This document shows, piece after piece, positions 9,141-17,405 of a DNA stretch of 64,000 nucleotides. The notes beneath the pieces are model-generated. The model made no database searches. It saw only the letters and a list, made by a program, of their open reading frames with translations, and had not been told where the DNA came from. Both the position numbers and the translations under genes were made by a program. Positions within the stretch are counted from its first letter, which is position 1, and each line of letters opens with the position of its first letter. The stretch spans positions 3,352 through 67,351 of the forward strand of contig JBDRKW010000018.1 in the NCBI GenBank assembly GCA_043813585.1. Reading direction: 5' to 3'. This DNA is from Candidatus Kerfeldbacteria bacterium. GTDB taxonomy: Bacteria > Patescibacteriota > Patescibacteriia > UBA9570 > XYC2-FULL-38-9.

Positions 9141-10130
9141 TTATTTAGCGGTTTCTATTAACCACTGTCCGTTGGTGTTTGTAATGCGGCCGGGAACCGA
9201 GAAGCCCGCGGCTTTCGTATGGCCGCCACCACCGAATAGTGTAGCAATTTTCGACACATCCATCAACGGGTTTGTCGTGCGCAAACTGCCCTTCACAATG
9301 CCGTCACTACGTTCAGAAAGCACCAGCACCGCTTTTGCGTCTGATTGTTCATCCAGCGAGTTCAGGAAGTTCGCGACGCCGTTGATTGCATCTTCACCCA
9401 CGCCGCACTCCTCAAGATCCTTCTGCGTAATAACGGTAATCACAAGCCCACCTTTTGTGCGGGTAAGCCGCTCAAGCGCGCGGCCCCACAGCTTCAGGTC
9501 TTCCACCGGATGGTGCTTTACCGTGTTGGCGGTGATTTTATTGATATTCACCCCGCGCTGCAGCAGCTTTGACGCGGTTCGGATCGCAGAGGCGGTTGTT
9601 GCCAGGTTCGTAAAGCCGCCGGTATCCGTGATCAGGCCGGTCATGAGGCAGGTTGCCATATTCTTGTTCAATACATCGACAGAATCCAGCAGTTCATGCA
9701 CGATCTCGCAAGTAGACGATGCCTCTGTTACCACCAGGTTGTGGTAGCCATAGCCCGGGTTCGTGCCATGATGGTCGATGTTGATGATTTTAAATTCATG
9801 CGTCAGCCGGTCGACGTAATCGGCAATGCCGGCATACTTCAGGTCGCCGGAGTCGAGCACAATTAACAAATCAAACTTCGCTTCTTCAGGATTCCAGACC
9901 TTCTTGTCTGTCGTAATCTTTTTTCGGCCGGGCAGGAACCGATAGGTCTCCGGCAGCTCGTCCACGCAAAAGCAGGTATGCGGCGTATCGATGGTGTCCA
10001 GGTAGTGCGCCAATGCCAAACACGCACCGGCCGTATCGCCATCCGGACCCCGGTGCATCACCATCATCACATGGCGGGCCTGGTTCATTTCGCCCAGTAT
10101 TTGCCTGTAGATTGTTTCAAAAACGTTCAT
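9141..10130 (-). CDS. nrnA: DHH/DHHA1 phosphoesterase, NrnA-like (nanoRNase / pAp phosphatase)
   Basis: DHH motif (IDHHGTNPGYG) and GGGH in DHHA1. ATG at 10130 with GGTGAG RBS; the listed ORF starts at an upstream TTG. Confidence 0.75.
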   Translation of the reverse strand: MNVFETIYRQILGEMNQARHVMMVMHRGPDGDTAGACLALAHYLDTIDTPHTCFCVDELPETYRFLPGRKKITTDKKVWNPEEAKFDLLIVLDSGDLKYAGIADYVDRLTHEFKIINIDHHGTNPGYGYHNLVVTEASSTCEIVHELLDSVDVLNKNMATCLMTGLITDTGGFTNLATTASAIRTASKLLQRGVNINKITANTVKHHPVEDLKLWGRALERLTRTKGGLVITVITQKDLEECGVGEDAINGVANFLNSLDEQSDAKAVLVLSERSDGIVKGSLRTTNPLMDVSKIATLFGGGGHTKAAGFSVPGRITNTNGQWLIETAK

Positions 10131-10197
10131 ATGCGCGCTCACCAAACTAAAGAAGTAAGCTGGTTACCCTACTCTTCCGGCGCCTCTGTGTCAAGGC

Positions 10198-10542
10198 CTA
10201 CGATTTGCTGTTTTTTGAATCAAGAATATCGTAAATGTGTTGCGCATGTATCGCACCTTCATCAAGCTTGAACGTGAGCCGGGGCGTGAATTTGATTGTA
10301 ATCTTAGACCCAAGTTCTTTCTGGATGCGTCCGGCCCGCGCTTGTAAATCCCGCACGACAGAGAGGCGTTTTCCGTCCGGGATGACCGTGACATACACAG
10401 TGGAGTGCTTCAGGTCGCGTGACGTATCCACGGTGGTGATCGTTACAAAAACATCGGGACTAAGGTCGATGTCCCGACTGATAATCTCTGACACGCGCTC
10501 GCGCACGAGCTCGTTTATTTTTTGCATCCGTTCGGCAGCCAT
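10198..10542 (-). CDS. rbfA: ribosome-binding factor A
   Basis: RbfA KH-like fold signature; directly downstream of infB. Confidence 0.85.
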   Translation of the reverse strand: MAAERMQKINELVRERVSEIISRDIDLSPDVFVTITTVDTSRDLKHSTVYVTVIPDGKRLSVVRDLQARAGRIQKELGSKITIKFTPRLTFKLDEGAIHAQHIYDILDSKNSKS

Positions 10543-10544
10543 GG

Positions 10545-12515
10545 TTAGAGCGTGCGTTCCGTTTCTACCTCTTTATGCGCCTCAATGCTGTCGCCTTCCT
10601 GGATATCCGTATCGCCGTCAATGCGCATGCCGCATTCCGAGCCTTTTGTGACTTCGCTGGTTCTTTTCTTTTCTTTTTGCAGTTCTGTAATAACACCCTC
10701 GCCGATCATCTTGCCGCCGCGGACAATTTTCACCGGGGCGTTGTTGCGCATCTTGCCGTCTTCCACGCGGCCGCCGGCAATCACGTAGGTCGCTTCCTTC
10801 TTAAATACCGCCAGCACTTTCAGCGAACCGATCTTTTCAAAGCTTACCTCTTTTTTCAGCAGCTTCTGAAGTTCTTCCTTCGCATAGTCGATCAGGTGGT
10901 AGATGACGTCAAACGTCTTGATCTCGATTTTTTCATCGCGTGCAAACTTTTCCGCTCCGCTGGTCGGGTTAGAATTGAAGCCGAGCACGATCGCGTCTGC
11001 GGCGCGCGCCATGGCAATGTCGTTTTCCGTTATTGCGCCAAGGCCTTTCTGGACAATATCGATTCCGACTTCTTCATGCCTAATGTCATGCAGCGATTGG
11101 ACGATCGCCTCGAGCGAGCCGAGGTTGTCGGCGCGCAGCACGATATACAGCTTTTTCTTTCCTTCTTCATCTCCTTTAATCTGCTTTTTCAGGAATGCGA
11201 ACGAGTCGTATGCTTTGCCGGCCTGCTTCAGCACTTTCTTGTCTGTCACCACCTGCAGGATATCGCCGACCACGGGCGCTTTCTTCAGTCCGAGCACCTG
11301 TACCGGCACAGACGGCCCCGCCTCTTTCAGGCTTTTACCGGTCCAGTCTTTGAGTGAGCGGATGCGCCCCGGGACATTGCCGATCAGTACGATATCGCCG
11401 ATTTTCAGCGTGCCGTTCTGTACAAGCATGGTTGCAACAGGACCCATGTGCTTGTCGACGTTCGATTCAATAACCGTACAGACGGTCTCGCCTTCCGGAT
11501 TTGCCATGATGTTCTCCCTGTCCATATCCGCAACCAGAAGGACGGTGTCGAGCAGTTCGTCGATATTCTTGTTCTCCTTTGCGCTGATTGGAACGGTGAT
11601 GGTTTTACCGCCGTAATCTTCCGGCGCCAGGTTGATTTCCGCCAGTTCCTTTTTCACGCGGTCGATGTCTGCTTCCGGCTTGTCGATTTTATTAATCGCC
11701 ACCACAAATGGCAGCCCCGCTTCCTGTAAAATATGCACTGACTCTATGGTTTGCGGCTTAATGCCATCGTCTGCCGCAATAACTAAAATAGCAATGTCTG
11801 CGACGCGCGCGCCGCGGGAACGCATAGCTGTAAAGGCCTCGTGGCCCGGCGTATCAATGAATGTGACCGCTCTGCCGTTCTTAACCACCTGGTACGCGCC
11901 AATGCTCTGGGTAATTCCGCCAGCTTCCGTATCAATCACGTTCGTGTTACGGATGGCGTCTAAAAGCTTCGTCTTGCCGTGGTCGACGTGGCCCATAATG
12001 ACCACAACCGGTGCGCGGTCTTTCATGTCTTCTTTTTTCTCCTTGTCCTTCACTTCGGCCACAAGGTTGGACCGGTCCTGTTCTGAGGTGTCCACTTCGC
12101 CTTCAAGCGACAATTCAGGGACATACCCTAGGTCTTCCGATATGATCGCGGCCGTTTCGTAATCGAGCGTTTCATTGATTGTCGCCATAATACCGCTCTG
12201 CATAAGGATGGCGATCAGGTCAGGCACGCGCTTCCCCAGAAGGTTGGCAAAATTCTTTACGGTAATTTTATCCGGCAACTTAATGGGCTCCCCGCCTTCT
12301 TTCTTTTCTTCGGTTTCTTCTTTCTTTTCCTCGCCAAAGATGCTCTTTTTTTCACTCTTTTTCCGGTATTCCTTGATTGCAGCAATAATCTTGACCGCAA
12401 CCGTATCATCAAGCTTGATGGCGCGTTCGCCTATATCAAAACCGAGCTCCTGCACCAGGGTGAAGAACTCGTCCTTTGTCATTTTTAACTCTCGATAGAG
12501 CTCTGTGACATTCAT
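10545..12515 (-). CDS. infB: translation initiation factor IF-2
   Basis: G-domain [20 protein letters not shown]. The listed ORF begins at a TTG; the first ATG gives [24 protein letters not shown] at 12482 is an alternative start. Confidence 0.85.
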   Translation of the reverse strand: MNVTELYRELKMTKDEFFTLVQELGFDIGERAIKLDDTVAVKIIAAIKEYRKKSEKKSIFGEEKKEETEEKKEGGEPIKLPDKITVKNFANLLGKRVPDLIAILMQSGIMATINETLDYETAAIISEDLGYVPELSLEGEVDTSEQDRSNLVAEVKDKEKKEDMKDRAPVVVIMGHVDHGKTKLLDAIRNTNVIDTEAGGITQSIGAYQVVKNGRAVTFIDTPGHEAFTAMRSRGARVADIAILVIAADDGIKPQTIESVHILQEAGLPFVVAINKIDKPEADIDRVKKELAEINLAPEDYGGKTITVPISAKENKNIDELLDTVLLVADMDRENIMANPEGETVCTVIESNVDKHMGPVATMLVQNGTLKIGDIVLIGNVPGRIRSLKDWTGKSLKEAGPSVPVQVLGLKKAPVVGDILQVVTDKKVLKQAGKAYDSFAFLKKQIKGDEEGKKKLYIVLRADNLGSLEAIVQSLHDIRHEEVGIDIVQKGLGAITENDIAMARAADAIVLGFNSNPTSGAEKFARDEKIEIKTFDVIYHLIDYAKEELQKLLKKEVSFEKIGSLKVLAVFKKEATYVIAGGRVEDGKMRNNAPVKIVRGGKMIGEGVITELQKEKKRTSEVTKGSECGMRIDGDTDIQEGDSIEAHKEVETERTL

Positions 12516-12596
12516 AGCGTAAGGAGAATACAATTTTAAGCCCTTTTTGTCAATAAAAAAGCCGTCATACGACGTCCATACATGGTTTTGCTCTAG

Positions 12597-13382
12597 TTAG
12601 TTTGAATCGCTTTCAATCTGGCGGTCTTTTCCCACGATGATCTTCTGCGAGCGCGTTACGACATCGATCTCGCAAGGAGTATTTATTGTCGACACGCCAT
12701 CTGCATTCACCGATAACGTCTCTCCATCAGCATCCACATCAATATGCGTCACCGGGAAGACGCTTTCCTTAACGCCGCTATGCTTCTTCTTTCGACGCAA
12801 CATTCCCCCTTCAACAACCGGTGAGATGACAAGCTCCAGCTTGCCGTCAGAAGCATACGCCAGCCGCGGCGCCCCTTCACCCAAAATATCGCCCATGTTC
12901 ATCACGCGCACCCGGTTCGTGTCAGAGGTCGTCTGCACGGTGTACTGCTTATCGCATGTTATTTTCAAATTCGTATGCGACGGGAGCTCAACGCTTCCCA
13001 AAAAGTAATAGTCGTTCACTTTGCCAAGATCAGTGGTAGTAAACAGGCGCCGCGACAATGTCGTACACGCCTCTTCGCCGGTGGGGATGCCGAGCACTTC
13101 GGCAAAACGCGAACCTTCAATCATCGGAATATAACCGAGCGTCACGTCATAGGGAGCAACAATGTTTACAAGTGTGGCAAACGTCCTGTCGTCCCCCACT
13201 GCCACAACCGTGTGCGCGCCTTTCTTGATACCGTCCTCGATCAGCTCGCGTGCGTTTTTGAAAATCGAAAGTTTCTCAACGCGCCCGTTGATTCCGAGTT
13301 CGATCAGACGGGTTTCGATAAGCGTCAGTACCTGTTCGTACTGCTTGTCGGCTGTGAATTTATCGTAGAAATAAAAATACAT
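12597..13382 (-). CDS. diacylglycerol/lipid kinase catalytic-domain-like protein with degenerate motifs
   Basis: DAGK_cat layout (YFYFYDKF...GAHTVVAVGDDRTFATLVN...TLGYIPMIEGSRFAE). Canonical GGDGT and GTGNDFA motifs are altered. Confidence 0.55.
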   Translation of the reverse strand: MYFYFYDKFTADKQYEQVLTLIETRLIELGINGRVEKLSIFKNARELIEDGIKKGAHTVVAVGDDRTFATLVNIVAPYDVTLGYIPMIEGSRFAEVLGIPTGEEACTTLSRRLFTTTDLGKVNDYYFLGSVELPSHTNLKITCDKQYTVQTTSDTNRVRVMNMGDILGEGAPRLAYASDGKLELVISPVVEGGMLRRKKKHSGVKESVFPVTHIDVDADGETLSVNADGVSTINTPCEIDVVTRSQKIIVGKDRQIESDSN

Positions 13383-13411
13383 CGTCCGCTGTTAAACCAG
13401 CGCTCCGAACA

Positions 13412-13855
13412 CTATCCTTCTGACTCTTCTTTCTTAGCGTCCTTTTCCTCTTTCTTGTCAGTGTCGGAAGAAACCGGTGCACCTTGTCCTGATGTGCAGC
13501 GTCCCTGCATGACGGCTCCATTTTCTACAGCGATCACCTCTGTCTCAATATCGCCGTACACTTTCGCGCTTGAGGCCAGCTGAACAGCACCTAGTGCTTT
13601 TAGGTTGCCCTTCACCTCGCCGGAGATGTGCATGTTGTTTGCCTCAACGTCCGCTTCAATGCGTGCGTCGCTTCCAACGGTCAGGTCTTTGCTTGTTTTC
13701 AGCGTGCCGACAACTTCCCCTTCCACCAAAATATTATCGTCACTCTGGAACGTTCCTTCCACCTTCACGGTCGGTCCAATAATGGTTTCTGCGCTGCCGG
13801 AAGTGGCCATGCTTGGCGCTTCGCCGTCCTCCTCTTTTGAGAACATCGCTCCCAT
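13412..13855 (-). CDS. bactofilin
   Basis: Beta-helical repeats (VEGEVVGTLK..., ISGEVKGNLKALGAVQL...) and acidic C-tail. ATG at 13853-13855; the listed ORF starts at a TTG. Confidence 0.65.
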   Translation of the reverse strand: MGAMFSKEEDGEAPSMATSGSAETIIGPTVKVEGTFQSDDNILVEGEVVGTLKTSKDLTVGSDARIEADVEANNMHISGEVKGNLKALGAVQLASSAKVYGDIETEVIAVENGAVMQGRCTSGQGAPVSSDTDKKEEKDAKKEESEG

Positions 13856-13998
13856 AAATGTATGATTCAAAATTGTTAGATGCAGGGTTCAGAGTACCGA
13901 ATAGGGGGTGCAATGTCAAAGCTCATGCCTTGTCAAAAATGCAAAAAACAAGTTTAATGAGGAGAGCCCTTTTATTGAAGGGGCATAACAGTGAGACA

Positions 13999-14178
13999 AT
14001 GGACGAAACAACGCAACAACCGGAAAAGAAGATAACCCTGCGAAAGGACCTACTCACAATTTTTGTCATGGCAGTGGCGCTATGTGCGGTATTGGGAGTT
14101 GTTCTGTATTTTGATATAACGCAAGATGCCATTACTTCGTGGTCGCACAGCTTTTACCAGGCGATCCTGAGGCAATAA
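13999..14178 (+). CDS. small single-TM hypothetical protein
   Basis: 59 aa from ATG (MDETTQQPEKKITLRKDLLTIFVMAVALCAVLGVVLYF...). No RBS; weak. Confidence 0.25.
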   Translation: MDETTQQPEKKITLRKDLLTIFVMAVALCAVLGVVLYFDITQDAITSWSHSFYQAILRQ

Positions 14179-14228
14179 TATTTTACGACGCTTGTACTTT
14201 GCTAACTTTAGCAAAAATCTTATAATAT

Positions 14229-14300
14229 ACCCCTGTAGTTCAATGGATAGAACAAGGCACTCCTAACGCCTAAATGGTGGTTCGATTCCTCCCGGGGGTA
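14229..14300 (+). tRNA. tRNA-Arg (anticodon CCT)
   Basis: Acceptor ACCCCTG/CGGGGGT, loop CTCCTAA, TTCGATT T-loop. One mismatch in each of the anticodon and T stems. Confidence 0.5.
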
Positions 14301-14311
14301 CAAGGCAATAA

Positions 14312-14384
14312 GGGCCCGTAGCTCATCTGGTAGAGCGCAGCATTCGCATTGCTGAGGTAAGCGGTTCAAGTCCGCTCGGGTCCA
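14312..14384 (+). tRNA. tRNA-Ala (anticodon CGC)
   Basis: G3:U70 identity pair present; loop TTCGCAT; GGTTCAAGTCC T-arm. Confidence 0.8.
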
Positions 14385-14408
14385 CAATACGCCGGTATTC
14401 TGCTACAC

Positions 14409-14482
14409 GGACGATTAGCTCAGCTGGTTAGAGCGCACGATTCACATTCGTGAGGTCACTGGTTCGATCCCAGTATCGTCCA
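14409..14482 (+). tRNA. tRNA-Val (anticodon CAC)
   Basis: GGACGATTAGCTCAGCTGGTTAGAGC..., perfect anticodon stem CACGA/TCGTG, loop TTCACAT. Confidence 0.8.
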
Positions 14483-14503
14483 CATGTTCTTCACAAGTTA
14501 TGA

Positions 14504-14521
14504 ATGTTCCACGTAGAACAT
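14504..14521. promoter_or_regulatory. 18-bp palindrome ATGTTCCACGTAGAACAT (operator-like), copy 1
   Basis: Near-perfect inverted repeat; a perfect copy ATGTTCCACGTGGAACAT lies at 14846-14863. Confidence 0.5.
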
Positions 14522-14530
14522 TTATTATAA

Positions 14531-14602
14531 GGGCTCGTAGCTTAGTGGTAAAGCGCTAGTATGGCATACTAGAGATCGTGGGTTCAATTCCCACCGAGTC
14601 CA
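14531..14602 (+). tRNA. tRNA-Ala (anticodon GGC)
   Basis: G3:U70 pair present; anticodon stem CTAGT/ACTAG; loop ATGGCAT. Confidence 0.7.
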
Positions 14603-14610
14603 CAAAAGTA

Positions 14611-14639
14611 TTGACAAAACGCGAATTTTCGTGTAATAT
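14611..14639 (+). promoter_or_regulatory. strong sigma70-like promoter (TTGACA -17- TAATAT)
   Basis: Consensus -35, 17-nt spacer, good -10; placed about 40 nt upstream of the Cys-rich mini-ORF. Confidence 0.6.
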
Positions 14640-14677
14640 ACATACTTGTAGTTACTTAAAAAGTAATACATAAATAT

Positions 14678-14779
14678 ATGGGATGTGGATGCGGATGTGG
14701 TCCTGAAACTCCTGAAGAGAAGCCAAAGGACCCTGAAGCTGCATGTGAATGCGGCGAACCAAATTGCGATTGCGAATAA
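14678..14779 (+). CDS. 33-aa cysteine-rich peptide (metallothionein-like?) MGCGCGCGPETPEEKPKDPEAACECGEPNCDCE
   Basis: ATG...TAA in frame, 9 Cys in 33 aa arranged CxCxC / CxC / CxC. Own promoter upstream and a strong terminator downstream. Below the 60-aa cutoff of the ORF track. Confidence 0.45.
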   Translation: MGCGCGCGPETPEEKPKDPEAACECGEPNCDCE

Positions 14780-14798
14780 TCGCACAAATACTATGAAT

Positions 14799-14826
14799 GA
14801 AGCCCGGCTCGATGCCGGGCTTTTTC
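14799..14826 (+). terminator. rho-independent terminator
   Basis: AAGCCCGGC-TCGAT-GCCGGGCTT followed by TTTTT. Confidence 0.7.
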
Positions 14827-14845
14827 GTTATCCAATACATCCATT

Positions 14846-14863
14846 ATGTTCCACGTGGAACAT
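14846..14863. promoter_or_regulatory. 18-bp perfect palindrome ATGTTCCACGTGGAACAT, copy 2
   Basis: Perfect inverted repeat abutting the stop of the TrmB-like gene; paired with 14504-14521. Confidence 0.5.
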
Positions 14864-15630
14864 TATTTGTCTGTTCTTCCTTTCTTGGGAATATCCCGGG
14901 GAGGTTTCGCCTGATTCCATGCCAAGTCAAACAGCGAGCGAAATGTACGCACGACATCCTTTGATTCTATGGTGACTGCGAACGGTTCTTCTAACGAAGC
15001 CACAAGCAACGTATTTCCATATAGCGCATTATCTCCAAAAAATGGATATCGATCATCGATAAGGCGAACCTTATGGAACCGGCTGACGTTCTTCTTGGCC
15101 CATGCAAGATTATATTGATCAAGAGTGAGAATTTCTCGCGCAACGACTTCTCCTGAAGTCATTTTGCCTAGCCACGCATCCATTCTGGACTGGGGTATTA
15201 TCTTTTCGAACTTGGCCGCGTCTGTGCCAAAGAAGTCGATAGTAGAATAATCGCGAAAAATCGTTTCATAAAGCTGGACAAATTCATCGCTGCCCGAATA
15301 GAACCGGACATTCGGTTTCGTGCCCTCCTTCATGTAAAGGTCATCAAGCAGCGGTTTCATGCTTCGGAAGGAATCAAGCTGCTGCTCGAGTTGCTGACCA
15401 AGCACTGATGGATCAGCAGATTCATATAATGTTGTCGCACCTTTCTTTATTTGCCGCACCAGGCTGCGCTCCTGCAGTTCATCAAGGACGACATATGTAG
15501 TTGACCGCTTGATGCGCGCCTTTCTTGAAATTTCAAGAACGCTTGCCTGGCCAAGCTCAAGAGCGGACAGATAGATCTTTGATTGTTTGGCATTTAAGCC
15601 AAGCTGGGTCAGCTGATCAGGCAGGTTCAT
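14863..15630 (-). CDS. TrmB-family HTH transcriptional regulator
   Basis: N-terminal HTH LGLNAKQSKIYLSALELGQASVLEISRKARIKRSTTYVVLDELQERSLV typical of TrmB-like regulators; 255 aa. Confidence 0.65.
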   Translation of the reverse strand: MNLPDQLTQLGLNAKQSKIYLSALELGQASVLEISRKARIKRSTTYVVLDELQERSLVRQIKKGATTLYESADPSVLGQQLEQQLDSFRSMKPLLDDLYMKEGTKPNVRFYSGSDEFVQLYETIFRDYSTIDFFGTDAAKFEKIIPQSRMDAWLGKMTSGEVVAREILTLDQYNLAWAKKNVSRFHKVRLIDDRYPFFGDNALYGNTLLVASLEEPFAVTIESKDVVRTFRSLFDLAWNQAKPPRDIPKKGRTDK

Positions 15631-15634
15631 AATC

Positions 15635-15651
15635 TGTCAAAAGAATTGACA
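15635..15651. promoter_or_regulatory. operator-like inverted repeat TGTCAA-N5-TTGACA (site 1)
   Basis: Perfect 6-bp arms, 5 bp upstream of the regulator start codon. Confidence 0.5.
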
Positions 15652-15699
15652 ACATATTATGCCCTATTTATAGCAGAATACCGTAAATTAGGCAAAATC

Positions 15700-15716
15700 T
15701 GTCAATAATATTGACG
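15700..15716. promoter_or_regulatory. operator-like inverted repeat TGTCAA-N5-TTGACG (site 2) overlapping -35 of the divergent promoter
   Basis: Second copy 65 bp from site 1. Its TTGACG doubles as the -35 (TTGACG-17-TATTCT) for the + strand operon. Confidence 0.45.
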
Positions 15717-15803
15717 CAAATTCATGATTGGAATATTCTATCACGTTCTAAACCGAAGGGATTATCCATCGGAAAGAACGCACCTACAACAGAGGATAAG
15801 AAA

Positions 15804-16325
15804 ATGAAGCGCAACATCATCGGACTAGTCGTTGCCACCGTAATCTTTGCCATCTCCACTTCTGCGGTTGCCGGGGAGGAGTTACCCAAGCCCAGCGCCG
15901 TCGTGAACCTGGGGACAAACGCCACGATTCTACTGCCAACCGGAGAAGCAATCGGTGGGTACGTAGCCGTCGGTCCGAGTCTGCTGATTCCGGTTCGCGG
16001 GCCATTCAGCATCATCCCGGGCGCACAGTTCGAGGTCGCACCCGAGCTGGGGAACTGGGGGTTCCTTGGCAGCATGGTCTTCGACTTCCTGCTCACCGAC
16101 TGGTTTGCGCTGGACGCAACCGTGATGATCATCCACGACGTGGACCCGGTTCTGCGCGCGGAACGCGGAAGAGGAGCCACTGCGTATTTCAGCGTCGGCG
16201 GGGGACCGACATTCATCCTGCCGAACGGCCTGTCGATCTCGCCGTTCTGCCTGGCCACGGTGAGCCTGGAGGGGTTCGGCTGGGCCCTGAACCCGGGCAT
16301 CGCCCTGGGCATACCACTGCCGTAG
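15804..16325 (+). CDS. secreted hypothetical protein (signal peptide)
   Basis: AGGATAAG RBS, then MKRNIIGLVVATVIFAISTSAVA signal peptide. Gly/Pro-rich mature part. GC about 60%. Confidence 0.5.
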   Translation: MKRNIIGLVVATVIFAISTSAVAGEELPKPSAVVNLGTNATILLPTGEAIGGYVAVGPSLLIPVRGPFSIIPGAQFEVAPELGNWGFLGSMVFDFLLTDWFALDATVMIIHDVDPVLRAERGRGATAYFSVGGGPTFILPNGLSISPFCLATVSLEGFGWALNPGIALGIPLP

Positions 16326-16344
16326 AAGGAAGGGGACATATGTT

Positions 16345-16575
16345 ATGGTCGACCTCAACGCGTGTGCAGACTTCGTAGAATGGGTCGGTACCCTCGTCGC
16401 CGCAGAACAACTGAAAGAAGCGGCGATCTTAAGTACGGAAACCGGCCAACTCCGTGAGATGCAGCTGCAACACTTGCACGCCTGCACATCCTGTCAACAA
16501 CATCTTCGCTCTGCGCTTGCAAAAGCAAAAGCCCGACTACACGTGCTTTCTGCACTCGCCCGCACCCTGGAGTAA
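16345..16575 (+). CDS. small protein with ZAS-type HxxxCxxC zinc-binding motif (anti-sigma-like)
   Basis: AAGGAAGGGG RBS; HLHACTSCQQH motif; 76 aa; co-directional 19 nt after the upstream gene. Confidence 0.45.
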   Translation: MVDLNACADFVEWVGTLVAAEQLKEAAILSTETGQLREMQLQHLHACTSCQQHLRSALAKAKARLHVLSALARTLE

Positions 16576-16600
16576 TCCAGGAGCTGCGGGCTTCTTTTTT
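16558..16600 (+). terminator. rho-independent terminator
   Basis: GCCCGCACCCTGG...CCAGGAGCTGCGGGC long hairpin plus TTTTTT. Confidence 0.6.
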
Positions 16601-16604
16601 ACTC

Positions 16605-16633
16605 TTGACGCTGTTGTTCGACGGAATTATAAT
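16605..16633 (+). promoter_or_regulatory. sigma70-like promoter TTGACG -17- TATAAT
   Basis: Consensus-like hexamers. Drives the structured region 16640-16730. Confidence 0.55.
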
Positions 16634-16639
16634 TCTTTC

Positions 16640-16730
16640 CCCCGGAAGTCTAATTTCCGGGAAATACAAGTGATCCCTTCCGGATAGCAGCGCGCTGACG
16701 CTTCTGCCCGGAGGGGATCACATCAAGCGG
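16640..16730 (+). ncRNA. putative structured RNA / cis-regulatory leader (unclassified)
   Basis: Hairpin CCCGGAA-N6-TTCCGGG, then a 14-bp stem GTGATCCCTTCCGG...CCGGAGGGGATCAC enclosing a GCAG/CTGC hairpin. No convincing ORF with RBS follows. Confidence 0.3.
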
Positions 16731-16984
16731 GTAGCGATGTGTCTTGCGGTGATTCCCTCGCCGCTAACCAGTAACAAGACGCATATGCGACACACCATCG
16801 CTTTGCTACTCGTATGCGCCGCGCTGTGGGATGTTGTCCACGGACACCATCACCTCCATGTCGAGCCGCCGCAGGTGAGAATCATCTTTGCGAATCCGGT
16901 TTGCCGGAATTGCGAACATGTCCGCCTAGCGTGGCACGCCGCGGCACCGGCCCTTTGAGCTTTGCTCTCAGGGCCTTTTCCTTA

Positions 16985-17018
16985 TAAAAAAACGACCCCT
17001 GCAGAAATACTACAGGGG
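16985..17018 (-). terminator. terminator of the minus-strand two-gene operon
   Basis: CCCCTG-N11-CAGGGG hairpin overlapping the stop codon, then a T-run on the minus strand. Confidence 0.55.
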
Positions 17019-17405
17019 AGCGGCGAACGGGTCGCCCGGAGCGGGAGGCGCTTCGCAGCGGAACATCGCCACACCGCGTTCGTGCTCGAATACGGTCTTC
17101 CATTCGTTGGCCACGGCAGAGAGCGTGTACTTCGGCCGGTGGTCCGGCAGTACCACGACCATCCGGCAGGTCCAGATGCCGAACGGATCGTCCGGCACCT
17201 CGTGCGACACTCGCATTGGCTCATGCTTGACCCACTCGATTGGGTCGTCATCGCCCAGTTCTACCGACGCACCGGTCGGCAGGCACAGGCGCACGTCCTG
17301 TGTGCGCATCATGGTTACGACCAACTCCCGGAGGAGCCGCCGCATGTTGTAGTCGTTGGTCCGTCCGTCCACACAGACCGTGACATCCACGGGAAAACGC
17401 CTCAT
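17010..17405 (-). CDS. hypothetical acidic protein (131 aa), second gene of overlapping pair
   Basis: AAGGAGG RBS 8 nt upstream. ATGA start/stop overlap with the upstream gene. GC about 62%. No recognisable domain. Confidence 0.55.
   Translation of the reverse strand: MRRFPVDVTVCVDGRTNDYNMRRLLRELVVTMMRTQDVRLCLPTGASVELGDDDPIEWVKHEPMRVSHEVPDDPFGIWTCRMVVVLPDHRPKYTLSAVANEWKTVFEHERGVAMFRCEAPPAPGDPFAAPL

Noticed and set aside
15722-16487. Overlapping minus-strand ORFs (205 aa and 185 aa) across the secreted-protein/ZAS operon
   Set aside because: High-GC alternative frames. The + strand genes have RBSs and a signal peptide, while the minus ORFs have neither.
16737-16958. 73-aa His-rich ORF (HGHHHLH, CRNC) downstream of the structured RNA
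   Set aside because: No Shine-Dalgarno for either candidate start, and it lies in a 62% GC region where chance ORFs are frequent. Kept only as a note inside the islet finding.
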